Positions 1 to 11,722 are shown, counted from the first letter of the stretch. The stretch: DNA of 64,000 nt from Octopus vulgaris (GCA_951406725.2 OX597821.1:87296001-87360000); one strand, 5' to 3'. Notes: a model not told the origin generated them from the letters alone. Numbers and translations are program-made.

Positions 1-48
1 ATACATACATACATACATACATACATACATACATACATACATACATAC

Positions 49-263
49 TGTTGTGGAAGGATTCCGTCGAGTGACTAAAGGTGAACTGTCTCATTGTAAA
101 TAAGTAAAGAACTGTGAGCAACTGGCAGTTCAGGTTGGTTAGCAGTTCACTGTGAGCCGTGATTGAGAGCGGTAAGTCTCGTATAATAGTAGTGTGTTAT
201 GCAAATACTTTCTTTTCCCCCGGCTTCGTTAAATTATATAAGCAAATACAAGAATATATAACA
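49..263. mobile_element. Possible solo LTR (~215 bp) inserted in (ACAT)n
   Basis: Unique block with TGTT...AACA termini between ACAT repeats; no clean TSD. Confidence 0.35.
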
Positions 264-319
264 TACATACTTGCATGTATATATGTATCTATGCATGTAT
301 GTGTGTGTGAGCATATGTA

Positions 320-425
320 CGAGGGGTGTATGAAAAATCTTGAGCCTCAAAAAAGCAAAACATAGTAAAGACTTCTGATGAAGGTACAAGTCTTCAAGAC
401 TCAAAACTTTTCATACACCCCCGCG
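320..425. mobile_element. Mariner-type MITE
   Basis: TIRs cgaggggtgtatgaaaaatcttgag / ctcaaaacttttcatacacccccgcg, flanked by TA on both sides. Confidence 0.75.
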
Positions 426-429
426 TATA

Positions 430-630
430 TAGCTGTGAGGTAGCAGAATCGTAAGCACGTCGGACAAAATGCATAGTGGAATTTCTTCGGGCTTTTTACG
501 TTCTGAGTTCAATTCCTGCCGAAGTCAGCTTTGCTTTTCATTCTTTCGGAGTCGATAAAATAAAGTACCTGACAAGTACTAGGGTCAATGTAATCGACAT
601 GTCCCCTTCCCTAAAAAATTACTGGGTCTT
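430..630 (+). mobile_element. SINE family B, diverged copy
   Basis: gcagaatcgt...gagttcaattcc...tttgcttttcattctttcggagtcgataaaataaagtacc matches other family B copies. Confidence 0.75.
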
Positions 631-734
631 GAACACTGCAACGGATCGGCGTCCTGTTAGGGGTGAGTTGTGATCTCAGTTGCTCATGGAATCCAGGCAA
701 CTGACCTTATAAGTCTTTGGGCTCAAGAAAAATT

Positions 735-768
<34 letters not shown>

Positions 769-778
769 AGTGTGTGTG

Positions 779-811
<33 letters not shown>

Positions 812-812
<1 letters not shown>

Positions 813-1056
813 GAGGCGCGTGGCTTAGTGGTTAGGGTGTTAGCATCATGATCGTAAGATTGTGGTTTCAATTCCTGAACCGGGTGACGCGTTGTGTTCT
901 TGAGCAAAACAATTAATTTCACGTTGCTCCAGCCCACTCAGCAGGCAAAAGGGAGTAACGCTGCGGTGGACTGGCGTCCCATCCAACTGGGGAACACATA
1001 CACCATGGAAACCGAGAAACCGGGCCCATGAGCCTGGCTAGGCTTCAAAAGGGCGA
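812..1056 (+). mobile_element. SINE family C (tRNA head plus CORE-like block)
   Basis: A box tggcttagtgg, B-box-like ggtttcaattcc, gttcttgagcaaaaca; homologous to 12870-13115, 55009-55292 and 59561-59841. Confidence 0.85.
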
Positions 1057-1071
1057 TTATATATATATATA

Positions 1072-1297
1072 AATATATATTAGAAGAAATGAGGTACTCA
1101 GAAGATCGGATGGTTTATATTTACAGATATTTATTTGTATATTACATTTTTTATATATCATATAACTTAGATCATGTATTAGCGCTCTCTCCCATTCTAG
1201 TGGGGTTTTCAAATCAAACTAAGTTCCTGTGTATCTGTAAATATCTGTAAATATAAACCATCCGATCTTCTGAGTACCTCATTTCTTCTAATATATA
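1072..1297. mobile_element. Inverted-repeat element, probable Penelope-like remnant with degenerate hammerhead
   Basis: About 55-bp perfect inverted repeat (1080-1133 vs 1238-1291); the spacer holds a decayed hammerhead-like motif on the minus strand at 1164-1225. Confidence 0.6.
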
Positions 1298-1571
1298 ATA
1301 CATGTACATCATCTCCAAACCTTCCAATATAAATATATATATATACACACATACATATATACACACATACATATATACATATATATACGTGTGTGTGCGT
1401 GTGTATGACTTACAGACATTTATATATATGTGTGTGATTGTGTATGTCAATTATAGATATACTATCTTACTCTACTAAATCTTACTACAATTTACACTAC
1501 TTTAATTTGAACATATTGTGCTGCTATCTTATTTAAAAGAACACATTACTATTTAATAAACATACATAGGC

Positions 1572-1717
1572 ACTGTGGTAGGAAACCTGCTTCCCAACCA
1601 TTTGGTTCCGGGTTTAGTCTCACTGCGTGCACCTTAAGCAAGTCTCTTCTACTATAGCCTCAGGCCGACCAAAGCCTTGTCAGTGGATTTGGTAAACAGA
1701 AACTAAAATACATCTGT

Positions 1718-1795
<78 letters not shown>

Positions 1796-1910
1796 CACAA
1801 ATTTGTATATGTATATATATACACACATATATATATGTATATGTACACACACATATATATATACATATATATGTACATATAAATATATATATACATATAT
1901 ATATATACTC

Positions 1911-1965
<55 letters not shown>

Positions 1966-2098
1966 TCATGTGTGTGTGTCTTTGCATTTGTGTTTGTCCA
2001 GCCACCATCACTTGACAACCGATGTTGGTATGTTTACGTTCTTTAAGGCTGTGCTCCAGCATGGCCATAGTCAGATGAATGAAACGTGTACGAGAATA
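1572..2098 (+). mobile_element. SINE family A, diverged, with expanded internal microsatellite
   Basis: Head ...ggttccgggtttagtctcactgcgtgcacctt, body gtggatttggta, tail gctccagcatggcc; about 260 bp of TA/CA repeat inside. Confidence 0.8.
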
Positions 2099-2769
2099 AA
2101 ATAATACAGTCCTTCTTTTCTATTACTTTCTATTGTTTGTCTGCCGCTTTGATTACAATGGTGGTGTTGGTACAGGCTGTGGCGGTGAAATTGGTTGAAA
2201 CGGAAATGTCATATATATATTAGACTATACACTATTATGTAACTGCCAATGGTAGATATATATGTTTTTGTTTACTTCCCTTCGCTTAAATAACAATGTC
2301 TGTGTAACATTAGATTTATTAACATTCAGCGTAAGCAAACTATCTCCGACCGAGAACTGAAACCGAGTTGCGGTTTCGGATCTCTTCTCTCTGACGTCCA
2401 TCATTGCCCAAAATATTTATCGTAAACATGCCTCATCCATTGTACATTCTTTGTGTGTTTGTGTGTGTGTGTGAAAGAGTGAGAGAGACTGAGAGAGAGA
2501 GAGGGAGGAGGTATGTAGAGAGAAAGAAAAGAGAAATGGAGAAAGAAGTGGTCCTCTTGGACAGGCTCGATGTTAGACTGACAGCAAAATGGCGGCACAG
2601 TAAAGGTGAGGAGCAGGGAGTTTGGCACGAAATAGACGGGTTGCGGTTACACATCTGACAGGGCGGAAATAAACAGAATGGGTTCGCGAAAATGAGACAG
2701 GAGCAGAGTGAAGGCGGGGATTCTTTCAGCGTTTTCTTTTATCATCCTCATTTTCATTCTCGTCGCTAC

Positions 2770-2797
2770 CACCACCGCCATTATTATCACTATTATT

Positions 2798-2838
<41 letters not shown>

Positions 2839-2855
2839 TATTATTATCATTATTA

Positions 2856-2896
<41 letters not shown>

Positions 2897-3543
2897 GTTA
2901 TTATTATTATTGCTGTTGTTGTCGTTATTGTCGTTGTCGTTGTTGTTGTTGTTGTTGTCATTAATCCTTTGTTTGTTTTATGTATTATTTCACGCTTTCT
3001 TAGCCAGATTTCTCAACAAAAGATGTTTTTAAAAGGACAAAATAATAAAATGGAAATAAAAAACAAAACGAAACTACGAAAAAAAAAAAGAAAAAAGACA
3101 AAAAAGTCCATCACCAGTCACCCAAGCATGGTATTGTGTGTAACCTAATACATCTTCCACAATAACGTCATCATCCTTGTTATCATTATCATCACCACCA
3201 CCACCACCACCACCACCACCACCACCACCACCATCATCATCATCATCGTCATCACTGTCATCGTCAGTATAATCACATTATCATCAGTAACATTACCAGC
3301 ATCTTCAACATCATTAAGTTCATCATCAAAGTATCGTTACCATCAGTGTACCATCTTCACTACTACCGCCACAAGCGTCGCTAATACCACCACCACCACC
3401 ACCACCACCACAATCACCATCACCATTATCCCACCTCATAGACACATCTCCTCACCATATGTTTTAGGTAATAATAATAGTAACAACAAGAACAACAATA
3501 ATGATGACGATGATAATGATGATGATGATGATGATGATGATGC

Positions 3544-3613
<70 letters not shown>

Positions 3614-3615
3614 AA
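2770..3615. repeat. Compound trinucleotide microsatellites (CAT, TAT, GTT, CAC, GAT)
   Basis: Direct inspection. Confidence 0.95.
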
Positions 3616-3807
3616 TGTCGTTTTGAGTGGATTCTCATCACCCCCACCTCTCTTTCATGTTAGAGAAAGAAAATAAAAGAGAAAACAAAAGCATGTGTAT
3701 ACACACACACACACACACACACACACATTCGTCTGCGACAATTTCATAGAGTTGTTGCTAAGTTCGAGCTTCGTGACATGGAACGAATGAGAAGCAATCC
3801 ATCTCAC

Positions 3808-3843
3808 CGATAGGACGCCAATCATACCAGCCGGTTATATACC
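3808..3843 (-). CDS. Candidate 36-nt symmetric (phase 1) micro-exon, peptide (G)YITGWYDWRPI
   Basis: Minus strand gagtgcatttttcag|GGTATATAACCGGCTGGTATGATTGGCGTCCTATCG|gtgaga; only one of three frames is open; lies in a unique-sequence island. Confidence 0.3.
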
Positions 3844-4490
3844 CTGAAAAATGCACTCGTGCCGGGTGTGTACGAGTTCTTGTTAATGACATTTGAATTG
3901 AATGATCAATATTGATGCCGTCAAGTTCCACCGAGGTCAGTTTCACCTTTCATCCTTTTTTTGGGGGGGGTCGATAAAAGAAGTACCAGTTGAACACTGG
4001 AGTCGGTGTAATCGACTAAGCCCCTTTCTCAAACTGTGCCAAAAATTGAAACCAATACTTATGCCGTCAAACACATGGAATTTTCCATCTATCCAGCCAG
4101 TCATCCATCCATCCATCCATCCATCCATCCATCCATCCATCCATCTATCCATCCATCCATCCATCCATCCAGCCAGCCAGCCAGCCAACCAGCCGTCCGT
4201 CTGTCCGTCCGTGCGTACGTATGTATGTACGAATGTACATATGACATCTATGGACCACTGATAAAGAGTTTGCAAATCCAGCACCCAAGGTACACATTTA
4301 GTTTCATACGTGTTTCGCTGGAGAAAGGTACTAAGCCGCCAAGAGTAAAGTATGGCTAATAGTGGGATCTTGAGGAGAGAATGAAACTCCTTACTACAGT
4401 ATAGTCTCTATATTTAAGAGATGAAGAATTATGTACATTATTTACATTACTTACATTTGACTGATATTTGTCCTCATTTTGTTTGTTGTT

Positions 4491-4536
4491 AACACAACGT
4501 TTCGGCTGATATACCCTCCAGCCTTCTTCAGGTATC
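4491..4536 (-). ncRNA. Minimal type I hammerhead ribozyme (opposite arm)
   Basis: Reverse complement gatac-CTGAAGA-a-GGCTG...CAGCC-GAAAC-GTT-gtgtt. Confidence 0.75.
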
Positions 4537-4633
4537 TTGGGGAAATTTCGAACCTAGGTTCTCATTCCTAAAGTATATATATATATATAAAACACACCTT
4601 AGGAATGAGAACCCAGATTCGAAATTTCCCCAA

Positions 4634-4679
4634 GACATCTGAAGAAGGCTGGAGGGTATATCAGCCGAAACGTTGTGTT
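4634..4679 (+). ncRNA. Minimal type I hammerhead ribozyme
   Basis: gacat-CTGAAGA-a-GGCTG-gagggtatat-CAGCC-GAAAC-GTT-gtgtt: core, stem II, palindromic ACGT stem III, GUU site, stem I with wobble pairs. Confidence 0.75.
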
Positions 4680-4746
4680 AACAACAAACAAGATGAGGAC
4701 AAATATCCGTCGAATGTAAATAATGTAAATAATGTAACTCCTTACT

Positions 4747-5040
4747 TCATACACTACAAATGACCGAGATACCTGGGATAATAAAAATAGAAGCAAAACA
4801 CAAATTCAAAGTCAAAAAATACGTCAGTCTAGCCTGTGTGAAGCCAGATTCCGGGTCAAGGTACTCGCCAAGATATTGGAGCCAGAGATTTTGTGGACAT
4901 ATCTCTGGGAAAAACCGGACCAAAGCCCTAAAGGCAGTATCACAGTATCAGAGACATCAGAGAGGTGTTCTACCTGGATCTGGTCGAAGGGGGACAGAAA
5001 CGGCCTCCATATCGTTTGAAGACTATATGTTTTATTCAAA
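4747..5040 (+). pseudogene. Possible highly decayed RTE-type LINE C-terminal fragment
   Basis: EIPGI...RFCGHIS and, in another frame, EVFYLDLVEGGQKR loosely resemble RTE ILGI...RWAGHV...LYGEL..GGQKKR motifs; frameshifted. Confidence 0.3.
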
Positions 5041-5063
5041 TAGCAAGAGAAGTCCATCGTGCA

Positions 5064-5482
5064 GGCGCAGGAGTGGCTGTGTGGTAAGTAGCTTGCTAAC
5101 CAACTACATGGTTCCGGGTTCAGTCCCACTGCGTGGCACCTTGGGCAAGTGTCTTCTGCTATAGCCTCGGGCCGACCAATGCCTTGTGAGTGGATTTGGT
5201 AGACGGAAACTGAAAGAAGCCTGTCGTATATATGTATATATATATATGTATGTGTGTGCATGTTTGCGTGTCTGTGCTTGTCCCCTTAGCATTGCTTGAC
5301 AACCGATATTGGTGTGTTTACGTCCCCGTCACTTAGCGGTTCGGCAAAAAAGAGACCGATAGAATAAGTACTGGGCTTACAAAGAATAAGTCCCGGGGTC
5401 GATTTGCTCGACTAAAGGCTGTGCTCCAGCATGGCCGCAGTCAAATGACTGAAACAAGTAAAAGAGTAAAAGAGTAAAAGAG
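5064..5482 (+). mobile_element. SINE family A, full length (tRNA-derived, CORE-like)
   Basis: ggcgcaggagTGGCTGTGTGG (A box), GGTTCAGTCCC (B box), caccttgggcaagt CORE-like block, internal TA/TG repeat, (GTAAAAGA)n tail. Confidence 0.92.
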
Positions 5483-5894
5483 AAGTAACTCCGAGTGAGT
5501 CATTGTGGTAGAGTTGACGTTTCATCGCTAACATGACAACCAGCGTTATTTCTTCATGAGGTATAATTTTAAAAACATAGTCAACAGAGAGGATTTCCAA
5601 TTACATGAGATCTCCAAGTGCTTTAAATATACAAGTCTCCGACATAGAAGTGGCTAGAAAGCGCCAACCGAAGGACACGTAGAAGTCATGGCCACGTTGT
5701 GGATGGGCCCCTTTAGTGTGTAAAATGTTAAGGGCCGAAACACTCACCGGGAGATGGGGGCTGTTTCTTCCCAGAAGACCAGCTGATCAATTCTTTTGAG
5801 AGTTTCTTATCATCAGATATATGGCGGTAATGCATGCATACATACATATACGCATACATACACACTTACCCATAAATATATACATAAACACATA

Positions 5895-5895
5895 T

Positions 5896-5933
<38 letters not shown>

Positions 5934-6006
5934 ACATACGTACATACCTATGTATGTATGTATGTATGTATGTATGTATGTATGTATGTATGTATGTATG
6001 TATGTA

Positions 6007-6043
<37 letters not shown>

Positions 6044-6827
6044 ATGTATGTATGTATGTATGTATGTATGTATGTGAGTGTGTATGTATGTATGTATATA
6101 TGTATTTATGTATGTATGTTGAATTCCCTTTTTAATTGTTTGAAGTCTTTTCTATATGGAAGGAGCTGGTTTCTAACAAAGATGCAAAGTCCCGTGATTT
6201 AGAATGTAGATAATAAAAACAGTGTCACATTTTGGACTTGAGAAAAGTCTTGCATATTTTTACTGTTCCACTCACAGATTGGACTTGTAATATGCAGATC
6301 AGCCGGTCAATTTCTCTTTCTGAAAATCCCAGTTTATCCAAATTCTCTTTTAAGCATTCACTAACAAAACCTAGTGCTCCAATTATTATTGATATGAATA
6401 TGAATTTATAGTCTGGATATAGAAACTGCAGGTTTCGAAGCAGTTGTCCATAGATATCCTCTTTTACTTTGATTTTCAAAGATATGTTTATATCTTCAGG
6501 GCAGCTAACCTCTATGACGGTACATACCTTTGCCCATCTGTTCCAAAAAACAATATCCGGGCTGTTATGCTTACATTTGACAGATGTTTCGATGAGAATA
6601 TTCTACCAGTATTCCTTGAGCTGTATGTGTGTATGTATGTATGTATGTATGTATGTATGTATGTATGTATGTATGTATGTATGTATGTATGTATGTATGT
6701 ATGTATGTTTGTATGTATGTATGTATGTATTATGTGTGTATGTATGTTTATATGAATGTATGTTTATATGTATGTATGTATGTATGTATGTATTATGTGT
6801 GTATGTATGTATGTATGTTTATATGTT

Positions 6828-6859
<32 letters not shown>

Positions 6860-7120
6860 TGTATGTATGCATGCATGCATGTATGTATGTATGTTTGTAT
6901 GTATATATGTATGTATATATGTATGCGTGTATGTATGTATGTATGTATGTTTGTATGTTTGTATGTATGTATGCATGCATGTATGTATGTATGTATATAT
7001 TTATGTATGTATGCATGTATGTATGTATGTATGTATGTATGTATGTATGTATGTGTATGTTTGTATGTATGTATATATGCATGTATGCATGTATGTATGT
7101 ATGTATGTATGTATTTGTGT
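5895..7120. repeat. (CA)n/(TATG)n microsatellite field interrupted by the RLE element
   Basis: Direct inspection. Confidence 0.95.
6119..6621 (-). mobile_element. 5'-truncated R4/Dong-like non-LTR retrotransposon (RLE endonuclease C-terminus plus 3' UTR)
   Basis: Minus-strand translation EYW*NILIETSVKCKHNSPDIVFWN...VIEVSCPEDINISLKIKVKEDIYGQL...IIIGALGFV...LGF...GTVKICKTFL matches the RLE pattern HNRPD-D/E-P-K..Y-IGALG; flanked by (TATG)n on both sides. Confidence 0.85.
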
Positions 7121-7543
7121 TTGTGCGTGTGTTGCAGTTTCAGAATGGTTACCTGTTACTTGTAAAAACAAAAGAAACATTACAATGCGAATAAGCAGTT
7201 GAACCGACGCATGGTGACTCAATTTCACATTAGCTGTCCCAGGTGCCACGAAAAGGCACCACCCAACCGCGGAAGTAACTCATTAACAGACACTCTAAAC
7301 CTCCTACGAGATGAACAAGAATACTTTGAATATAACAAACATTTATAATGCAAATAGAACTATTTTGGCAGCGAGGCGATGGCACCGCTGGAAGACATAA
7401 TGAATTTATGAAGACGTACATATTTGCATGCACACACATACGTATGGAGGCATACATGCAGACTAGTAGCAACAAAAGCGGTGGCACGTTGGTTGATATA
7501 TGCATATACATATTCTACACTTATGCACACATACATTAGCACG

Positions 7544-7576
<33 letters not shown>

Positions 7577-7772
7577 CAAACTCATACACTCACATACGCA
7601 CATACATGTGCGTATGTGTATATCTGTGTTTGGTTTTTGTGTTAGTACGAATGTGCTATGAATGAATATACATCTCTTTTATCTTTCTCCATCACTCTCT
7701 CTCTCTTTCTCTCTTTATATATACGTGCACGTGTGCGCCTATGTGGAGGTATATGTGTGTGGTGTATATACG

Positions 7773-7826
<54 letters not shown>

Positions 7827-8021
7827 TATGTATATATTTGTATGTATGCGTGTGGTGTGTGTATGAATGTGTGTATATATATATTATATATATATATAAT
7901 ATAGTGAGAGACTGACGGAGAGAGGGGGGAAGAGCAAGAAAGGGAAAGAGAGAAAGGGTGAGAGGTTATATATGTGGTTATGGGTTCGTGTATATGTATA
8001 TATATATACATACATATATAT

Positions 8022-8054
<33 letters not shown>

Positions 8055-8097
8055 TATATATATGGATAACAATAATGATAATAATGATATTATTATT

Positions 8098-8134
<37 letters not shown>

Positions 8135-8271
8135 TACACTTGCATACTTATATACACTCACACACACTTTTATATATAATATCGATACATATATACGTTA
8201 ATATACACATCCAGTAATTACATATATTTAAATGTGTGTGCCTGTGTGAGTGAATATATATATATGTGTGT

Positions 8272-8307
<36 letters not shown>

Positions 8308-8333
8308 ATCGTTTATACTCAAACGTTCCTACT

Positions 8334-8390
<57 letters not shown>

Positions 8391-9169
8391 GCTAATATAC
8401 ATACGTGTGGCGTTGAGCGTCGGTTTGGTGGTGGCGTAGAATGATGGCAAAAAAAAAAGCCGAGGTAGGGGTGAGAGCAGCCAAATGGACAAATTCAGAT
8501 CACACATCCGTTTCTAACAGAACTCATAAATTATTCACATTGCTTTGATTTACAGTCCAGGTAGGTTCTCTATATGACTAGTTCAGCCAGCCTACCTACT
8601 CTTTGATCAGCAAGACACACACCAGTACACACACACACACACGCACGCACGCAGGCACGCACACACACAGACACAGACATACACATATCCATGTATGTGT
8701 GTGTGTGTGTGTGAGTATCACACATACACACATATATATATACCTAAATACAAATACATACATTGATAGATATAGACAGTGATACACATATTCAAAATAT
8801 GAACGTATATTTATGAATATATATATGTACGTACATACGTATGTATGTATGTGTGTATGCATGCGTGTGTGTGTATGTATGCATGTGTGTGTATGTATGC
8901 GTGTGTGTGTATGTATGCGTGTGCGTATGTATGTACGTATGCATGTATGTACCTATATACGTAGATACGTACGTACGCATGTACGTATTATACTACGTGT
9001 GTACGTACGTCCGTATGTATGTATACACGAATGTATGTACATATGTATGTATTCGCACGAATGTGTACGATTTTCTGGGGTTATTGTGTTTTCATAACGC
9101 TGTTTCCCTTGAGGATAGTTTTAATCAAATTCTTGCACAATGAATAACGCTATTTACTATTATTTCTGG

Positions 9170-10085
9170 AGTGGCAGAAATGGTACAACATCGAGTTTAA
9201 ATGCCAAACAGCATTTCGTTTTAAGACTCTTCGTTCTGAATTCAAATAGCGCCAGGCTTCGATTTTGCATTTCTTCCCTTGTAGTAGTCGAAACAGCCGT
9301 ATTACACTAACATATTTCTTTTAGCTTTAAAATCAAAGTTATAATGGAAACGGTAAAGTGCCAGACAAAATCCATTGCGATATTTATCAAGCAATGATAA
9401 ACCGATAAGCTGGCAGAATCGTTACCGCTCTGGATAAAATGCTTAGCGGCATTTCGTCTGCCTTTACGCTCCGAGGTTGATTTATCTTTTATCCTTTCGG
9501 GGTCCATTAAATAAGTACCAGTTACGCACTGGGATCGATGTAATCGACCTTGTCTATCCTTGTTTGTTCCCTCTATGTTTATCCCCTGTAGGCAATAAAG
9601 AAATAGATATTTATTAAGCAGTGATAAGCAGGCAGAATCGTTACCGCTCTTGACTAAAATCTTAGCCGCATTTCGTCTGCCTTTACGTTCTGTGTTCAGA
9701 TTCCACCGAGGTTGACTTTATCTTTCATCCTTTCTGGGGTCGATAAAATAAAAACCAGTTTATTTACCTCTCTCCCCACGAACTCGCTTGCCTTTCACAT
9801 TTCTAAGGTCGATAAATAAAGTCCCAATCAAGTACTTGACTGATCAACTCGACTCGATTTCATAAAAAGAAATGAGAAGTCGGAGAACTGTTTCGATCAT
9901 TACAATATCAACATAAATGCGTTGCAGTAATTCTTGCAGCTGTTTACATTCTTAGTTCAAAATCTTGTGGTGAACTTCGCTTTTTATTCTTTCGAAGTCG
10001 AGAAATATTGTAACTGTCAAGTCCTGGAGTCGATTTAATAACTTAATCCCATACCCTAAAAATTGCTGTCTTTGTGTCTTATGTA
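9170..10085 (+). mobile_element. Cluster of family B SINE copies and fragments in tandem
   Basis: Repeated gcagaatcgttacc...gaggttgactttatctttcatcc...gtcgataaaa blocks at about 9405, 9625, 9790 and 9950. Confidence 0.75.
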
Positions 10086-10499
10086 GTAATTCGTATAAAA
10101 AAATAATAACAATAAAAACTCTAAAGATAGCTAAGACAGCAGAATACTAGGCTTCATTCAGCCTTATTGTTTTCATTTCAATTACTGCTGATTGTGAGAA
10201 CAAGGAAACTAATCGGCCTATTCGAACTTGTTAACCAAGAGTTGGCCAAATAAGGATTTCTAACTTAGGTATAAGGCCATATATTTGTAGGTGAGGAGTG
10301 AAACCGGTTCGGTCAACCTAATTTTTTTTAGTTTTTCACTTTATCGGCTCTGTAAGGTTTAACGTCAAATTCGAATCGATAATTTTGAAACTGACATTGT
10401 GAACAGGTAGATCTAAACACTGCTATTGCTTTCCTACCTAGTAATCTAAACAATAAACAAACAAAATAATGAAATTAAAAAAAAAACAGCCAAAGCTGC

Positions 10500-10882
10500 A
10501 GGCATGAGCGCGTAGTAAAGAAGCTCGTTTTCCAACAAGGTGGTTTCAGGTTCAGTCCCGCTGCAGGGCACCTTGGGCAAGTGCCTTCTACTATAGCAGC
10601 TACAGGTTAACCAAAGCTTTGTTAGAGAATTGGGTACATCGAACCTAGGTGGAAGTCGATTGTGTGTGTGTGTGTCCCCCTCCGCCGTTTGATAACCAAC
10701 ACCCAGTGTCTGTTTGTTTACGTTCTCGTTATCTAGCGGTTCGGGAAAAGGACCTGATAGAATAACTACCAGGCTTGAAAATAAGTGCTGGGTTGATCTG
10801 TTACGACTGGAACCATTGAAGGCGATGCCCCAGCATGAGCACAGTTCCGATGACTGACTCAAACAAGGAAACGATAAAAGAC
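10500..10882 (+). mobile_element. SINE family A, diverged
   Basis: ggttcagtcccgctgcagggcaccttgggcaagtgcc...ggcgatgccccagcatg. Confidence 0.8.
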
Positions 10883-10884
10883 AG

Positions 10885-10909
10885 TAACAACAACAATAAC
10901 GACAACAAT

Positions 10910-10976
<67 letters not shown>

Positions 10977-11161
10977 GCTGCTGCTACTACTACTACCACT
11001 GCTGCTGCTGCTGCTACTACTACCAGCAGCTGCTGCTACTACTGCTGCTGCCGCTGCTGCTGCTGCTGCTGCTGCTGCCGCTGCTGCTGCTGCTGCTGTT
11101 GCTGCCGCTGCTGCTGCTGCTGCTGCTGCTGCCGCTGCAGCAGCTGCTGCTACTACTGCTG

Positions 11162-11232
<71 letters not shown>

Positions 11233-11251
11233 ATTACTACCACTGCTGCTG

Positions 11252-11282
<31 letters not shown>

Positions 11283-11296
11283 CGCTGCTGCTGCTG

Positions 11297-11372
<76 letters not shown>

Positions 11373-11375
11373 AGC
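10885..11375. repeat. (CTA)n/(CTG)n compound microsatellite
   Basis: Direct inspection; source of the poly-Ala/Leu/Ser pseudo-ORFs. Confidence 0.95.
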
Positions 11376-11687
11376 GGCAACAGAACCAACCTTTCTTACC
11401 ACAACATAACTGACCGAACATCAAAGAAGGTTTCAATTCTAACGCACCGTCGTCGTGCTATGTGAAGAATAAAAATACATATATGAAAAAACAAAATCGC
11501 TTTTGGAGTTTTGCGATAAAACGTATTTCACGTCTTTTGAAATTGGCAGCAAATGTTTCTTAGGCGTCTTTGGGCATTATGCTGTGGCCTTAATGCCACT
11601 TCTATGTACTGAACTTCCGGTGCTAATTCTGACTTGGTTGATAGAAGTGTGTTTGAAAATGGCTTTAAGTATAAGAATACGCATACA

Positions 11688-11722
<35 letters not shown>

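Larger units (their letters stand above)
4396..4735. mobile_element. Penelope-like (PLE) inverted pLTR element with two hammerhead ribozymes
   Basis: About 135-bp inverted arms around a (TA)n spacer; 11-bp direct repeat aactccttact at 4385-4395 and 4736-4746; hammerhead motif in each arm. Confidence 0.8.

Noticed and set aside
5064-5140. tRNA genes at SINE heads (families A, B, C)
   Set aside because: A and B boxes are present, but there is no intact cloverleaf and they are always fused to SINE bodies.
5698-5748. Hammerhead-like GGCCC..GGGCC-GAAAC
   Set aside because: Stem II and GAAAC are present, but the CUGANGA core, stem III and stem I are not recognisable.
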